Positions 42,026 through 51,897 of a DNA stretch of 64,000 nucleotides are shown one piece after another. The position numbers and the translations under genes are program-made. Source of the stretch: an uncultured Intrasporangiaceae bacterium. Its GTDB lineage: Bacteria; Actinomycetota; Actinomycetes; Actinomycetales; Dermatophilaceae. The stretch lies in the NCBI GenBank assembly GCA_964483685.1, contig CAZACX010000001.1:41350-105349 (forward strand), in the 5' to 3' direction. Every line of letters begins with the position of its first letter. Position 1 is the first letter of the stretch. The notes under the pieces are model-generated. The model made no database searches. It saw only the letters and a list, made by a program, of their open reading frames with translations, and was not told where the DNA came from.

Positions 42026-43563
42026 TGGACAACTTCCCCTGGCTGACCGCCATGCTCCTCGTGCCGCTGGTCGGCGCGCTGGTGATCGCGGCCATGCCAT
42101 CGGCCCTCGCCCACCGTGCCAAGCACCTCGCGCTCGGCTTCGCGCTCGTCACCTTGGGCCTCGGCGTCGGAGCCGCGCTTGCGTTCGACCGCAACTCCCT
42201 TGAGCAGTTCCAGCTCAAGGAGATCCACTCGTGGATTCCCTCGTTCGGGGTTTCCTACGGGTTGGGTGTTGACGGCATCGCGTTGTCGCTGATCCTCATG
42301 GCCGCAGTTCTTACCCCCATCTGCATCCTCGCGGCGTGGCATGACGTCCCCGAAGGCGGCTCCCGCGAAAAGAACTACTTCGCGTTGACGCTCGTCCTCT
42401 TGACCTTCATGGTCGGGGTGTTCGCCGCCATCGACGTGTTCCTCTTCTACGTGTTCTTCGAAGCGATGCTCATCCCGGTCTACTTCCTCATCGGGTCCTA
42501 CGGCGGCCCGGCCCGCAAGTACGCGGCGATGAAGTTCTTGCTCTTCTCGCTCGCCGGCGGCCTCGTCATGCTCGTTTCGGTGATTGGGCTCTACTTCCAG
42601 GGCCCAGGCGGCGAACGCGGCTTCCTCGTCGACTCGCTCACCGGACTTGACCTCGACCCGACCACCGCGAAGTGGCTCTGGGTGGGATTCTTCCTCGCCT
42701 TCGCCGTCAAGGCCCCGATGTGGCCACTGCACACCTGGCTCCCCGATGCAGCCGCGGAAGCCAAGCCGGCCACGGCGACCCTCCTCGTCGGTGTCCTCGA
42801 CAAGGTGGGCACCTACGGGATGATTCGGTTCTGTCTCCAGCTCTTCCCGGGCGCCAGCGAGTGGGCGACCCCGGTTGTCGTTGCGCTCGCTGTCATTTCG
42901 ATCCTGTATGGCGCGCTGCTCGCGATCGCGCAAGACGACCTCATCCGGTTGATCGCCTACACCTCGATCAGCCACTTCGGGTTCATCGTGCTTGGCATCT
43001 TCGCGATGACGACGGTCGGTGGGGCCGGTTCGGCGCTGTACATGATCAACCACGGCTTCACGACCGCCGGGCTCTTCCTCGTCGCCGCCATGCTCATCGC
43101 CCGCCGCGGCAGCCGAAAGATCTCCGACTTCGGCGGTTGGCAGCGCGTCACCCCGGCGATCGCTGGTGTCTTCCTCATCTCCGGCCTTTCCGGGCTGGGG
43201 TTGCCCGGGATGGGTTCCTTCCTCTCCGAGTTTCTCGTCATCGCCGGCACCTTCCAGCGTTATCGCGGCCCGGCGGTGATCGCGGCCCTCGGGATCGTCC
43301 TCGCGGCGCTCTACATCCTCTGGCTCTACAAGCGGATGATGACCGGCCCGAAGCCGGAACTCGCCGACCCCGTGCCCGACCTGAATTGGCGAGAGAAGCT
43401 CGTCGTCGCCCCGTTGATCGCCAGCTTCCTGATCTTCGGGGTCTACCCCAAACCACTGCTCGACGTCGTCAACCCGGCGGTGACCCGAGTGCTGACCGAA
43501 GTCGGGGTCACCGATCCGGCGCCCGCCGTCCCCGCGGTGGCGTCCGTTGGGAGTGAGAAGTGA
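42025..43563 (+). CDS. nuoM: NADH-quinone oxidoreductase subunit M
   Basis: Antiporter-like, with FAVKAPMWPLHTWLPDA. I chose ATG 42025 (TGATG overlap). The ORF track offers 42010. Confidence 0.9.
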   Translation: MDNFPWLTAMLLVPLVGALVIAAMPSALAHRAKHLALGFALVTLGLGVGAALAFDRNSLEQFQLKEIHSWIPSFGVSYGLGVDGIALSLILMAAVLTPICILAAWHDVPEGGSREKNYFALTLVLLTFMVGVFAAIDVFLFYVFFEAMLIPVYFLIGSYGGPARKYAAMKFLLFSLAGGLVMLVSVIGLYFQGPGGERGFLVDSLTGLDLDPTTAKWLWVGFFLAFAVKAPMWPLHTWLPDAAAEAKPATATLLVGVLDKVGTYGMIRFCLQLFPGASEWATPVVVALAVISILYGALLAIAQDDLIRLIAYTSISHFGFIVLGIFAMTTVGGAGSALYMINHGFTTAGLFLVAAMLIARRGSRKISDFGGWQRVTPAIAGVFLISGLSGLGLPGMGSFLSEFLVIAGTFQRYRGPAVIAALGIVLAALYILWLYKRMMTGPKPELADPVPDLNWREKLVVAPLIASFLIFGVYPKPLLDVVNPAVTRVLTEVGVTDPAPAVPAVASVGSEK

Positions 43564-45137
43564 TGAGTCAGCTCGCGGAGGCGATCACGCCCGCGTCGAT
43601 CAACTATTGGGCGGTTCTGCCGATCCTCGTCGTCTTTGCGGGGGCCCTCGCAGGGGTGCTCGTGGAGGCGTTCGTGCCGCGCACCGTGCGGCATACCGTG
43701 CAGGTCGCGTTGGCGTTGGTGACGTTGGTCGCCGCCTTTGGTGTCCTGGTGACCAAGTCCGTCCATGCGCAGGGCGCGACCGTCTCTGGGGCGGTCGTTG
43801 TGGACGGGCCGAGCCTGTTCCTCAGCGGTTCCGTGCTCCTGCTCGCCATCCTCGCGGTCATGTTGATGGGGGAAAGGTTCGCCGGGGCCGGCACCGACGC
43901 GTTCACGCCGATGGGTGCTGCCGTCCCCGGCTCACCCCTGGAAGCGGCCGCAACCCGCGCCGGTTGGGCCACGAGTGAGGTCTTCCCGCTCGCGCTCTTC
44001 TCCATCGCTGGCATGATGATTTTCCCCGCGGCCGGGGATCTGCTGACGATGTTCGTCGCCCTCGAGGTGCTCTCGCTGCCGCTCTACGTCCTCACCGGGC
44101 TCTCGCGCCGCCGCCGCCTGCTCTCCCAGGAAGCGGCCCTGAAGTACTTCCTCCTCGGCGCGTTTTCGAGCGCCTTCTTCCTCTTTGGCTCCGCCCTGAT
44201 CTTTGGGTATGCCGGATCGGTCGCCTTCGCTGACATCGCCACGGCGGTGAGCACCGCCTCGCCGACGATGGATGGTCTGCTGCTGCCGGGGGTTTTGTTC
44301 GTCCTCGTCGGGCTGCTCTTCAAGGTCGGTGCCGCGCCGTTCCACATGTGGACACCGGACGTTTATCAGGGTGCGCCGACACCGGTCACCGGGTTCATGG
44401 CGGCCTGCACAAAGCTGGCGGCCTTCGGTGCCATCCTGCGGCTGGTCTATGTCGGCATCGACGCCAACCGCTGGGATTGGCGGATGGGCGTTGTGCTCAT
44501 CGCTGGCCTGACCATGGTTGTTGGGTCGATCCTGGCGGTGACCCAAAGTGACATCAAGCGGTTGCTCGCCTACTCCTCGATCGCCCATGCGGGGTTCATC
44601 CTCGTCGGCGTCCTTGCCTTCGATAAGACCGGTGTCGCGGGCGTGATGTTCTACGTCCTCGCCTACGGTCTGGCGACGGTCGCGGCATTCGGCATTGTGA
44701 CCCTGGTCCGCCAAGACGGCGCCGAAGCATCCCAGATCAGCCAGTGGGCCGGGCTCGGCAAGTCGCACCCCTTTGTCGCCGGCACCTTCGCCTTGCTGCT
44801 GCTCACCTTTGCCGGCATCCCGCTCACCTCGGGGTTCACGGCGAAGTTTGCGGCGTTTGCGCCGGCCATTGCTCATGGGGGCACCGCCGCGATCGTCCTT
44901 GTCGTCATCGGCGTGCTTTGCAGTGCGATCACCGCGTTCGTTTACGCGCGCCTGATCGTGCTGATGTACTTCACCGATGCCGAGGCGGACGCCGGGAAGG
45001 GGCCGGTTGTTGCGCTCACGCCGTCGCTCCTCGGCACGGTTGCCATCGCGGTTGCCGTCGTCGCCACCATCGGTTTGGGTGTCATGCCCGGCCCTGTGCT
45101 CGATCTCGCCAACCAGGCGAGTGAGTTCATTCGCTGA
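43563..45137 (+). CDS. nuoN: NADH-quinone oxidoreductase subunit N
   Basis: Antiporter-like, with LFKVGAAPFHMWTPDVYQGAPTP. The start is ATG 43563 or GTG 43560. Confidence 0.9.
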   Translation: MSQLAEAITPASINYWAVLPILVVFAGALAGVLVEAFVPRTVRHTVQVALALVTLVAAFGVLVTKSVHAQGATVSGAVVVDGPSLFLSGSVLLLAILAVMLMGERFAGAGTDAFTPMGAAVPGSPLEAAATRAGWATSEVFPLALFSIAGMMIFPAAGDLLTMFVALEVLSLPLYVLTGLSRRRRLLSQEAALKYFLLGAFSSAFFLFGSALIFGYAGSVAFADIATAVSTASPTMDGLLLPGVLFVLVGLLFKVGAAPFHMWTPDVYQGAPTPVTGFMAACTKLAAFGAILRLVYVGIDANRWDWRMGVVLIAGLTMVVGSILAVTQSDIKRLLAYSSIAHAGFILVGVLAFDKTGVAGVMFYVLAYGLATVAAFGIVTLVRQDGAEASQISQWAGLGKSHPFVAGTFALLLLTFAGIPLTSGFTAKFAAFAPAIAHGGTAAIVLVVIGVLCSAITAFVYARLIVLMYFTDAEADAGKGPVVALTPSLLGTVAIAVAVVATIGLGVMPGPVLDLANQASEFIR

Positions 45138-45140
45138 CGT

Positions 45141-46142
45141 ATGGTGACGCGACCTACTGCCCTGGTTCTGCCGGGAGTCTCGCCACGACTTCAAGGGCTT
45201 CTCGACGACGGCGTGGCCGCGGTTGAGGCGATGCTCCACGCCCGGGTCAACCATGACGACGAGTTCATTGCCGAGGCGAACGGGCACCTCCTTAACGCCG
45301 GTGGCAAACGGGTGCGTCCCTTGCTGACCCTGCTCGCTGCGGAGTTGGGGTCGGGGGTCAACGAGTCGGTGATCAAAGCGGCCGCTGGCGTCGAGTTGAC
45401 CCATCTCGCCTCGCTGTACCACGACGACGTCATGGACGAGGCGGCGGTGCGCCGCGGGGCGCCGTCGGCGAACGCAAAGTACGACAACTCCACGGCGATC
45501 CTCGTCGGGGACCTGCTCTTTGGGACCGCGTCCGACCTCATCGCCGATTTGGGTCCCGAGGCGGTGAAGATCCAGTCGCAAACCTTCATGCGGCTGTGTT
45601 CAGGCCAGATTCGTGATGATCGCCCGTGCCCGCCGGCGCAGGAACCGCGTAGCTATTACCTCGGGGTGCTTGCCGACAAGACGGGCGTGCTCATCGCCAC
45701 GGCGGCGCGCTACGGCGCGATGCTCTCCGGGTGCCCGCCCGAGACGGTCGCCGTCCTTGCGGAGTTCGGTGAGCGCGTCGGCGTGGCCTTCCAACTTGCC
45801 GACGACCTCATCGACGTCTCTTCGGAGGCCGAAGCGATGGGAAAGGTCCCGGGGACCGATATCCGTGAGGGCAAGCGCACCTTGCCGATGATTTACGCGT
45901 TGGCGAGCACGGACCCGCGCGACGCCCGGCTCCAGGCGCTCTTGCGTCATCGCGCGCACACCGACGAGGAACTCGCCGAGGCGTTGGCTCTGCTGCGCCC
46001 CCACGTGGCGATGGACCGGGCCCGCGCGGAGACCGAGGCGATGGCACGGTCCGCCGCGCAGGCCCTCGACCCGTTGCCCGACGGCGAGGTCAAGTCGGCG
46101 CTCCAGGCGTTGGCGATCCTGGTCGTTCGCCGCGAGACCTAA
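45141..46142 (+). CDS. polyprenyl diphosphate synthase (menaquinone side chain, GrcC1-like)
   Basis: 333 aa with DDxxD motifs LYHDDVMDEA and QLADDLIDV. Confidence 0.9.
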   Translation: MVTRPTALVLPGVSPRLQGLLDDGVAAVEAMLHARVNHDDEFIAEANGHLLNAGGKRVRPLLTLLAAELGSGVNESVIKAAAGVELTHLASLYHDDVMDEAAVRRGAPSANAKYDNSTAILVGDLLFGTASDLIADLGPEAVKIQSQTFMRLCSGQIRDDRPCPPAQEPRSYYLGVLADKTGVLIATAARYGAMLSGCPPETVAVLAEFGERVGVAFQLADDLIDVSSEAEAMGKVPGTDIREGKRTLPMIYALASTDPRDARLQALLRHRAHTDEELAEALALLRPHVAMDRARAETEAMARSAAQALDPLPDGEVKSALQALAILVVRRET

Positions 46143-46144
46143 TC

Positions 46145-47077
46145 TCAGCGGCGGGCGCTGCGCAGTGAGTCGACGTTGCGGAGTGAGTCGACGCTCAGCA
46201 GCACGAGCGCGACCCAGACAATGCCGAAGCCAACCCAGAGCCGACTCGAGACGTGCTCGCCGAGCAAGAGCACCCCGCACAGCAGTTGCAGCACCGGGGT
46301 GAGGAACTGGATCAGCCCAATCGTCACCAGCGGAATGCGGCGGGCAGCGGCCGCGAAGAGCAGCAACGGGATGGCGGTCACGACCCCCGCAATCACCAGC
46401 AAGCTCGTATGGGCCGTCCCGCCCGCCCCGAAGGTCGCCTCGCCACGGGCGCCCAACACCCCGAGGATCACCAACGCCACCGGGGTGAGAAACGCCGTCT
46501 CCGCGGCGAGTGAATGCATCGCCTTGAGGCTGACGCCGACCTTCTTCTTGACCAAGCCGTAGAGGCCAAACGTCACCGCGAGGCTCAGCGACACCCACGG
46601 GAAGCCACCCGAGGCGAGCGTCAGATAGATCGAGGCGAGGGCGCCGACAGCCACCGCCGCCCACTGCATCGGCCGGAGCCGCTCCTTCAACACGAACACC
46701 CCGAGTGCGACGGTGACGATCGGGTTGAGGAAATAGCCGAGGGCGGCCTCATACGTCCGTCCTTGGAGGACGGCGAACACATAGATCACCCAGTTCACCG
46801 CGATGAGGAGGGCGGCGAGCGCGATGCCGGCGGCGAGTTTGGGGCGTCGCAGCGTCGGGACGATCCAGCCCAAATCCCGGCGGATCACCAAGACGGCAGC
46901 ACAAAAGGCGAGGGTCCAGGCGATCCGGTGGCCAAGGATTTCCCAGGCCCCGGCCGGTTTCAGCGCATGAAAGTAGAGCGGGAAGAGGCCCCAGATTGCG
47001 TAGGCGAGCACGGCCGCCGCGGTCCCGGAGCGCGCGCGTTCGTGGGCGTCGGGCGCGCTCGGACGGGTGGGACTCAC
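46145..47077 (-). CDS. rarD: EamA/RarD family transporter
   Basis: 310 aa, 10 TM segments. The N-terminus GTAAAVLAYAIWGLFPLYF is RarD-like. Confidence 0.75.
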   Translation of the reverse strand: MSPTRPSAPDAHERARSGTAAAVLAYAIWGLFPLYFHALKPAGAWEILGHRIAWTLAFCAAVLVIRRDLGWIVPTLRRPKLAAGIALAALLIAVNWVIYVFAVLQGRTYEAALGYFLNPIVTVALGVFVLKERLRPMQWAAVAVGALASIYLTLASGGFPWVSLSLAVTFGLYGLVKKKVGVSLKAMHSLAAETAFLTPVALVILGVLGARGEATFGAGGTAHTSLLVIAGVVTAIPLLLFAAAARRIPLVTIGLIQFLTPVLQLLCGVLLLGEHVSSRLWVGFGIVWVALVLLSVDSLRNVDSLRSARR

Positions 47078-47126
47078 GGGTGGAAACGCGACCGACAGAA
47101 TCGCGAGCCGGAGGTCTCCGGTGCGC

Positions 47127-48230
47127 TCACTCGACGGTCCAGGTGTCCCTGCCCTGGAGCAGGGTGTCGAGGTCTTCGTCGTTGGCCGGTGCGCCCCCGC
47201 GCGCCACCGAAGTCTCTATTTGGCCGCGGACGAGGTCGTCATAAGTCGGCCGCTCGACGGACCGGAAGATCCCCACCGGCACGTGCGTCATCGCCTGATC
47301 ATCCAACCGTGACAACGCGAACGCCTGGGACGGATCGGGCGCGGAGACATCGTGGATGACGACGTCCGGGGCGCCGGGTTTCCGATCGGCCTCCGGAACA
47401 AATGACAACGCCCCGTCGGCGCCGCGCACGAGCACCTGGCGATCATCCTCGGCGCCCACCCGGATGGGCTCACCGTGAACCAGCGGCACCAACCGGGCCT
47501 GCTGTGACGCGCGGTCCTTGATCATGTCGAAGGCGCCGTCGTTGAAGATCGGGCAGTTCTGGAAGATCTCGACGAGGGCGGTGCCTCGATGCGCGACGGC
47601 GGCCCGCAGGACCTCGGTGACGTGTTTGCGGTCGTTGTCGAGGCTGCGGGCGACGAAGGTGGCTTCGGCGCCGAGTGCGAGCGACACCGGATTGAAGGGG
47701 GTGTCAACGGACCCCATCGGCGTCGACTTCGTCACGGTGCCGACGTCCGAGGTGGGCGAGTACTGGCCCTTGGTCAACCCGTAGATCCGGTTGTTGAACA
47801 GGAGAATCGTCATGTTGACGTTGCGGCGCAACGCATGGATGAGGTGGTTGCCGCCGATCGAGAGGGCGTCGCCGTCACCGGTGACCACCCAGACCGACAG
47901 GTCCGGCCGGGAGGTGGCCAGCCCGGTGGCAATCGCCGGGGCTCGGCCGTGGATCGAGTGCATGCCGTAGGTGTCGAGGTAATAGGGGAACCGTGAGGAG
48001 CAGCCGATCCCGGAAACGAAGACGATGTTCTCCCGCTTGAGTCCGAGCTCCGGCAGGAACGACTGCACCGCGTTGAGGATGATGTAGTCGCCACACCCCG
48101 GGCACCAGCGCACCTCCTGGTCGGAGGTGTAGTCCTTCTTCGTCTCCGGCGCGTCACTCGGGTGCCGCCTCGGGATCGCGTTCAGGCCGTGCTCGCCAAC
48201 GGTGGGCAACCCCAGGTCGGTCGTCGTCAT
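47127..48230 (-). CDS. korB: 2-oxoglutarate:ferredoxin oxidoreductase subunit beta
   Basis: 367 aa with WCPGCGDY and the ThDP motif VVTGDGDALSIGGNH. Confidence 0.9.
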   Translation of the reverse strand: MTTTDLGLPTVGEHGLNAIPRRHPSDAPETKKDYTSDQEVRWCPGCGDYIILNAVQSFLPELGLKRENIVFVSGIGCSSRFPYYLDTYGMHSIHGRAPAIATGLATSRPDLSVWVVTGDGDALSIGGNHLIHALRRNVNMTILLFNNRIYGLTKGQYSPTSDVGTVTKSTPMGSVDTPFNPVSLALGAEATFVARSLDNDRKHVTEVLRAAVAHRGTALVEIFQNCPIFNDGAFDMIKDRASQQARLVPLVHGEPIRVGAEDDRQVLVRGADGALSFVPEADRKPGAPDVVIHDVSAPDPSQAFALSRLDDQAMTHVPVGIFRSVERPTYDDLVRGQIETSVARGGAPANDEDLDTLLQGRDTWTVE

Positions 48231-50143
48231 TGGCTCGCCTTTGCGGTCTCGGCCTGCGCAGGGACAGGGAGGAGGGCGGTGATCGCCTCGGTCAGCTCGC
48301 TGGTCGTGAACGGCAACCCCCGCACCCGCGAATAGGACTGGGCGTCAACGAGGTAGCGGGCGCGGATGAGGAACGCCAGCTGGCCGCTGTTCATCTCGGG
48401 CACGAGCACCCGACGATAGCGACGCAGCACGTCGCCGGTGTTTTCGGGCATCGGGTTGAGGTGGCGCAGGTGGGCGACCGCGACGGCCCCACCGCCGGCC
48501 CGGACCCGGCGCGCGGCGGCGGCGATCGGCCCATACGTCGACCCCCAGCCGAGCACGAGCACGTCCGCCTGCCCGCTCGGGTCGTCAACCTCCAGCGGAC
48601 CGATGGATGCGGCGATGCCGTCGACCTTGGCCTGACGCAACCGGGTCATCAGGTCGTGGTTGTCGGGGTCGTAGGAGATGTTGCCGGTGATGTCGGCCTT
48701 CTCGATGCCGCCGATGCGGTGCTCGAGGCCGGGTGTCCCGGGGATAGCCCAAGGGCGAGCGAGCGTCTCGGGGTCGCGGGCATACGGCTGGAAAACTGGC
48801 TCGCCGGTCGGGGAGGTGCCGTTGGGGCCGTCGGCAAAGGTGACGGTGAGGTCGGGCAACGTTGAGACCGCCGGGACCGCCCACGGCTCGGCGCCATTGG
48901 CGAGGTAACCGTCGCTGAGCAGGAAGACCGGGGTGCGGTAGGTCGTGGCGATCCGGACCGCCTCCATGGCGGCGTCGAAGCAGTCCGAGGGAGAGCGTGG
49001 CGCGACGATCGGGACCGGCGACTCGCCGTTGCGCCCATACATCGCCTGGAGCAGGTCGGCCTGCTCGGTCTTGGTGGGCAGGCCGGTCGAGGGCCCGCCG
49101 CGTTGCACGTCGACAATGATGAGCGGCAGTTCGAGGGAAACGGCGAGGCCGATGGTCTCCGACTTGAGGGCGACACCCGGGCCGCTCGTCGTTGTCACCC
49201 CGAGCTTGCCGCCAAAGGCTGCACCGAGCGCGATGCCAATGCCGGCGATCTCGTCCTCGGCCTGCAGCGTCATCACGTCGAAGCGTTTGAGGCCCGCGAG
49301 GGTGTGCAGGATGTCGCTGGCCGGGGTGATCGGGTACGACCCGAGGACGAGTTGCAGCCCGGCCCGGTGGGCCGCCGCGACGAGGCCGTATGCCGTCGCC
49401 GTGTTGCCGGTGATGTTGCGGTAGGTGCCGGCGGGCATGGGGGCCGGGGAGATGACATACGAGTTGGCGAAGTCCTCGGTCGTCTCGCCGTAGTTCCAGC
49501 CCGCATCCAACGCGGCGAGGTTGGCGGCGAGGATCTGCGGCTTCGTCACGAACTTCGCGGCGAGGAAAGCGCGGGTGCCGTCGGTTGGCCGGTGGTACAT
49601 CCACGACAGCAGGCCGAGCGCGAACATGTTCTTCGCGCGTTCCTTCTCCTTGCGGGTCAGGCCGTCGTAGGCGGTGAGCGCCTTGACCGTCATCGACGTC
49701 AGGGCGACCGCATGCAGGTGCCACGAATCGAGGGAACCATCCTCGATCGGGTTCGTCGCATAGCCGACCTTGGCGAGGTTGCGCGCCGAGAACTCGTCCG
49801 TGTCGACGATGATCGTCGCGCCGCGGGGCACATCGCCGAGGTTGGCCTTGAGAGCGGCCGGGTTCATCGCGACGAGGACGTTCGGCGCATCCCCGGGGGT
49901 GAGCACGTCATGGTCGGCGAAGTGGACCTGGAAACTGCTCACGCCGGGGAGGGTGCCCTGGGGGGCCCGGATCTCGGCGGGGAAGTTGGGCAAGGTCGAC
50001 AAGTCGTTGCCGAGCCGGGCGGTGTCGGCGGTGAACCGGTCGCCGGTCAGTTGCATACCGTCGCCCGAGTCACCGGCAAAGCGGATGACGACGCGGTCCA
50101 ACTTGACCACTGACGCCGTAGTTTTGGGGTCTGCCACTGTCAT
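48227..50143 (-). CDS. korA: 2-oxoglutarate:ferredoxin oxidoreductase subunit alpha
   Basis: ATG 50143 gives MTVADPKTTASVVKLDRVVIRFAGDSGDGMQLTG. It is 638 aa. The stop overlaps the korB start. Confidence 0.9.
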   Translation of the reverse strand: MTVADPKTTASVVKLDRVVIRFAGDSGDGMQLTGDRFTADTARLGNDLSTLPNFPAEIRAPQGTLPGVSSFQVHFADHDVLTPGDAPNVLVAMNPAALKANLGDVPRGATIIVDTDEFSARNLAKVGYATNPIEDGSLDSWHLHAVALTSMTVKALTAYDGLTRKEKERAKNMFALGLLSWMYHRPTDGTRAFLAAKFVTKPQILAANLAALDAGWNYGETTEDFANSYVISPAPMPAGTYRNITGNTATAYGLVAAAHRAGLQLVLGSYPITPASDILHTLAGLKRFDVMTLQAEDEIAGIGIALGAAFGGKLGVTTTSGPGVALKSETIGLAVSLELPLIIVDVQRGGPSTGLPTKTEQADLLQAMYGRNGESPVPIVAPRSPSDCFDAAMEAVRIATTYRTPVFLLSDGYLANGAEPWAVPAVSTLPDLTVTFADGPNGTSPTGEPVFQPYARDPETLARPWAIPGTPGLEHRIGGIEKADITGNISYDPDNHDLMTRLRQAKVDGIAASIGPLEVDDPSGQADVLVLGWGSTYGPIAAAARRVRAGGGAVAVAHLRHLNPMPENTGDVLRRYRRVLVPEMNSGQLAFLIRARYLVDAQSYSRVRGLPFTTSELTEAITALLPVPAQAETAKASQ

Positions 50144-50225
50144 TACATCTGCAATTCTGTCCGTGAGGTTGACCCCACGCGGGGCATCCGACCATGGTAA
50201 GGCGTCCCTCGGTAGGCTGCACCGG

Positions 50226-50582
50226 GTGACCGGATACCTTGTCATCGCCGCCGTGCTCGGCGCGGGCGTTGTCCTGTTCGTGGCCGCGATGACGGTCCGT
50301 TGGCTGTTCGCCCCGCGGGCGATGACGCCGATGAAGGGCGCCACCTACGAATCGGGCGTCGACCCGGTCGGACGGGACTGGGCGCAAACTCAGGTGCGCT
50401 ACTTCGCCTACGCCTTCCTTTACGTGATCTTTGCCGTCGATGCGGTCTACCTCTTCCCGTGGGCGCTCGTCGCGCGAGGCTCGCTGGGACCCGTCTCCCT
50501 CGTCGAGATCGGGGTCTTCATCGGCGTCATCCTCATCGGCCTGGCCCATGCCGCGCGGCGCGGGCTGCTGCGCTGGTTGTGA
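50226..50582 (+). CDS. nuoA2: NuoA-like subunit of second nuo locus
   Basis: YESGVDP and [17 protein letters not shown] are present. I chose GTG 50226, giving 118 aa. GTG 50163 is also possible. Confidence 0.8.
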   Translation: MTGYLVIAAVLGAGVVLFVAAMTVRWLFAPRAMTPMKGATYESGVDPVGRDWAQTQVRYFAYAFLYVIFAVDAVYLFPWALVARGSLGPVSLVEIGVFIGVILIGLAHAARRGLLRWL

Positions 50583-50637
50583 ACCCGATGGTCGCGCCGA
50601 GCGGCTGGCCGGGACAGGCTCGCCTAAGGTGGCAGGC

Positions 50638-51309
50638 GTGACCGAGTCCGTCGATCTGCCGATGCCGCGCCTCGGCCCGGTGATCGAGTCCGTCGATCTG
50701 CCGATGCCGCGCCTCGGCCCGGTGATCGAGTCCGTCGATCTGCCGATGCCGCGCCTCGGCCCGGTTTCCGAGCACGCCCCGGCCCCGATGCGGATCGTCC
50801 TCAACTGGGGGCGCCGCTACAGCCTGTGGGTGTTCAACTTCGGGTTGGCCTGTTGCGCAATCGAATTCATTGCCGCGTCGATGGCTCGACATGACTTCAT
50901 GCGGCTCGGTGTCATCCCCTTTGCGCCCGGTCCGCGCCAGGCCGACCTCATGATCGTCAGTGGCACGGTGACCGACAAGATGGCCCCGGCGGTGCGCCGC
51001 CTCTACGACCAGATGCCGGAACCGAAATACGTCATCTCCTTCGGTGCGTGCGCCAATTCCGGTGGCCCGTACTGGGATTCCTACTGCGTCACCAAGGGCG
51101 TGGACACGATCATCCCGGTCGACGTCTATGTCCCCGGCTGCCCCCCGCGACCCGAGGCGCTACTCCAAGGAATCATCAAGCTCCAGGAAAAGATCGCCTC
51201 GGAACGCCTCTCCAGCAGCGGCCTGCGCCGGTATGCCGGCCATCGGCTTGCGACGCCGGCGGAACTCGCGCGCCCCTTGCTCCCACCTCCGGCGAGCGCC
51301 GAGCCGTGA
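50638..51309 (+). CDS. nuoB2: NuoB-like subunit of second nuo locus
   Basis: It has [19 protein letters not shown] and [10 protein letters not shown] chose the GTG 50638 start. The N-terminus carries a triplicated 14-aa unit. Confidence 0.85.
   Translation: MTESVDLPMPRLGPVIESVDLPMPRLGPVIESVDLPMPRLGPVSEHAPAPMRIVLNWGRRYSLWVFNFGLACCAIEFIAASMARHDFMRLGVIPFAPGPRQADLMIVSGTVTDKMAPAVRRLYDQMPEPKYVISFGACANSGGPYWDSYCVTKGVDTIIPVDVYVPGCPPRPEALLQGIIKLQEKIASERLSSSGLRRYAGHRLATPAELARPLLPPPASAEP
50644..50765 (+). repeat. perfect in-frame 42-bp tandem repeat, 2.9 copies, inside nuoB2
   Basis: GAGTCCGTCGATCTGCCGATGCCGCGCCTCGGCCCGGTGATC occurs at 50644, 50686 and 50728. It encodes [14 protein letters not shown] three times. 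I saw no mismatch until the end of copy 3. Confidence 0.95.
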
Positions 51310-51821
51310 TCGACGAGCGACGCCGGGTGCCCGTCAGCGACTGGGTCGCGACGATCGTTGCCGCCCGCGGCGAGGGGTTTACCTACTTTGACTGGCTCAC
51401 CGCGGTGGACCAGTGCGACGCGCGCGAGGACGCCGGGTTCGATGTGGTGGTCCACCTCCTTGATGTGCGCGCGGTCGGCGCGCTCCAGGGGCTACTCGTC
51501 AGCACCCGCGTGCTGCGTGGTGGGGCCATCCCGAGCCTGACGGGCGTCTTTGCGGGCGCGGCCTGGCACGAACGGGAAACCCACGAAATGTTCGGGCTCG
51601 CCGTCGACGGCTTCGACGACGGCACCGGCCTCGGCATCCGGCCGCTGTTGCTGCCCGACGGCTTTGACGGCTCCCCGCTGACGAAGGCGTTTGTGCTCGC
51701 CGCTCGGGTGAGCAAGGACTGGCCGGGGGCGAAGGAACCGGGCCAACCGCATACCGGTGGTCCCGGTCGCCGCAAGATGCAGCCGCCGGGGGCGGCCCCG
51801 GCCGATTGGGGGCCCCGGTGA
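51306..51821 (+). CDS. nuoC2: NuoC-like (30-kDa) subunit of second nuo locus
   Basis: GTG 51306 overlaps the nuoB2 stop. It has [18 protein letters not shown] and is 171 aa. Confidence 0.8.
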   Translation: MIDERRRVPVSDWVATIVAARGEGFTYFDWLTAVDQCDAREDAGFDVVVHLLDVRAVGALQGLLVSTRVLRGGAIPSLTGVFAGAAWHERETHEMFGLAVDGFDDGTGLGIRPLLLPDGFDGSPLTKAFVLAARVSKDWPGAKEPGQPHTGGPGRRKMQPPGAAPADWGPR

Positions 51822-51897
51822 GCGTCCTGGAGATCGTGCTGCGCGCGGCCCCGGCCGATTGGGGGCCCCGGTGAGCGTCCTGGAGATTGTGTTGCGC
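51792..51897 (+). repeat. 53-bp tandem duplication of the nuoC2 stop / nuoH2 start junction
   Basis: Units are 51792-51844 and 51845-51897, with 2 mismatches. Each unit carries CCGGTGAGC, with overlapping GTG and TGA. Confidence 0.9.
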
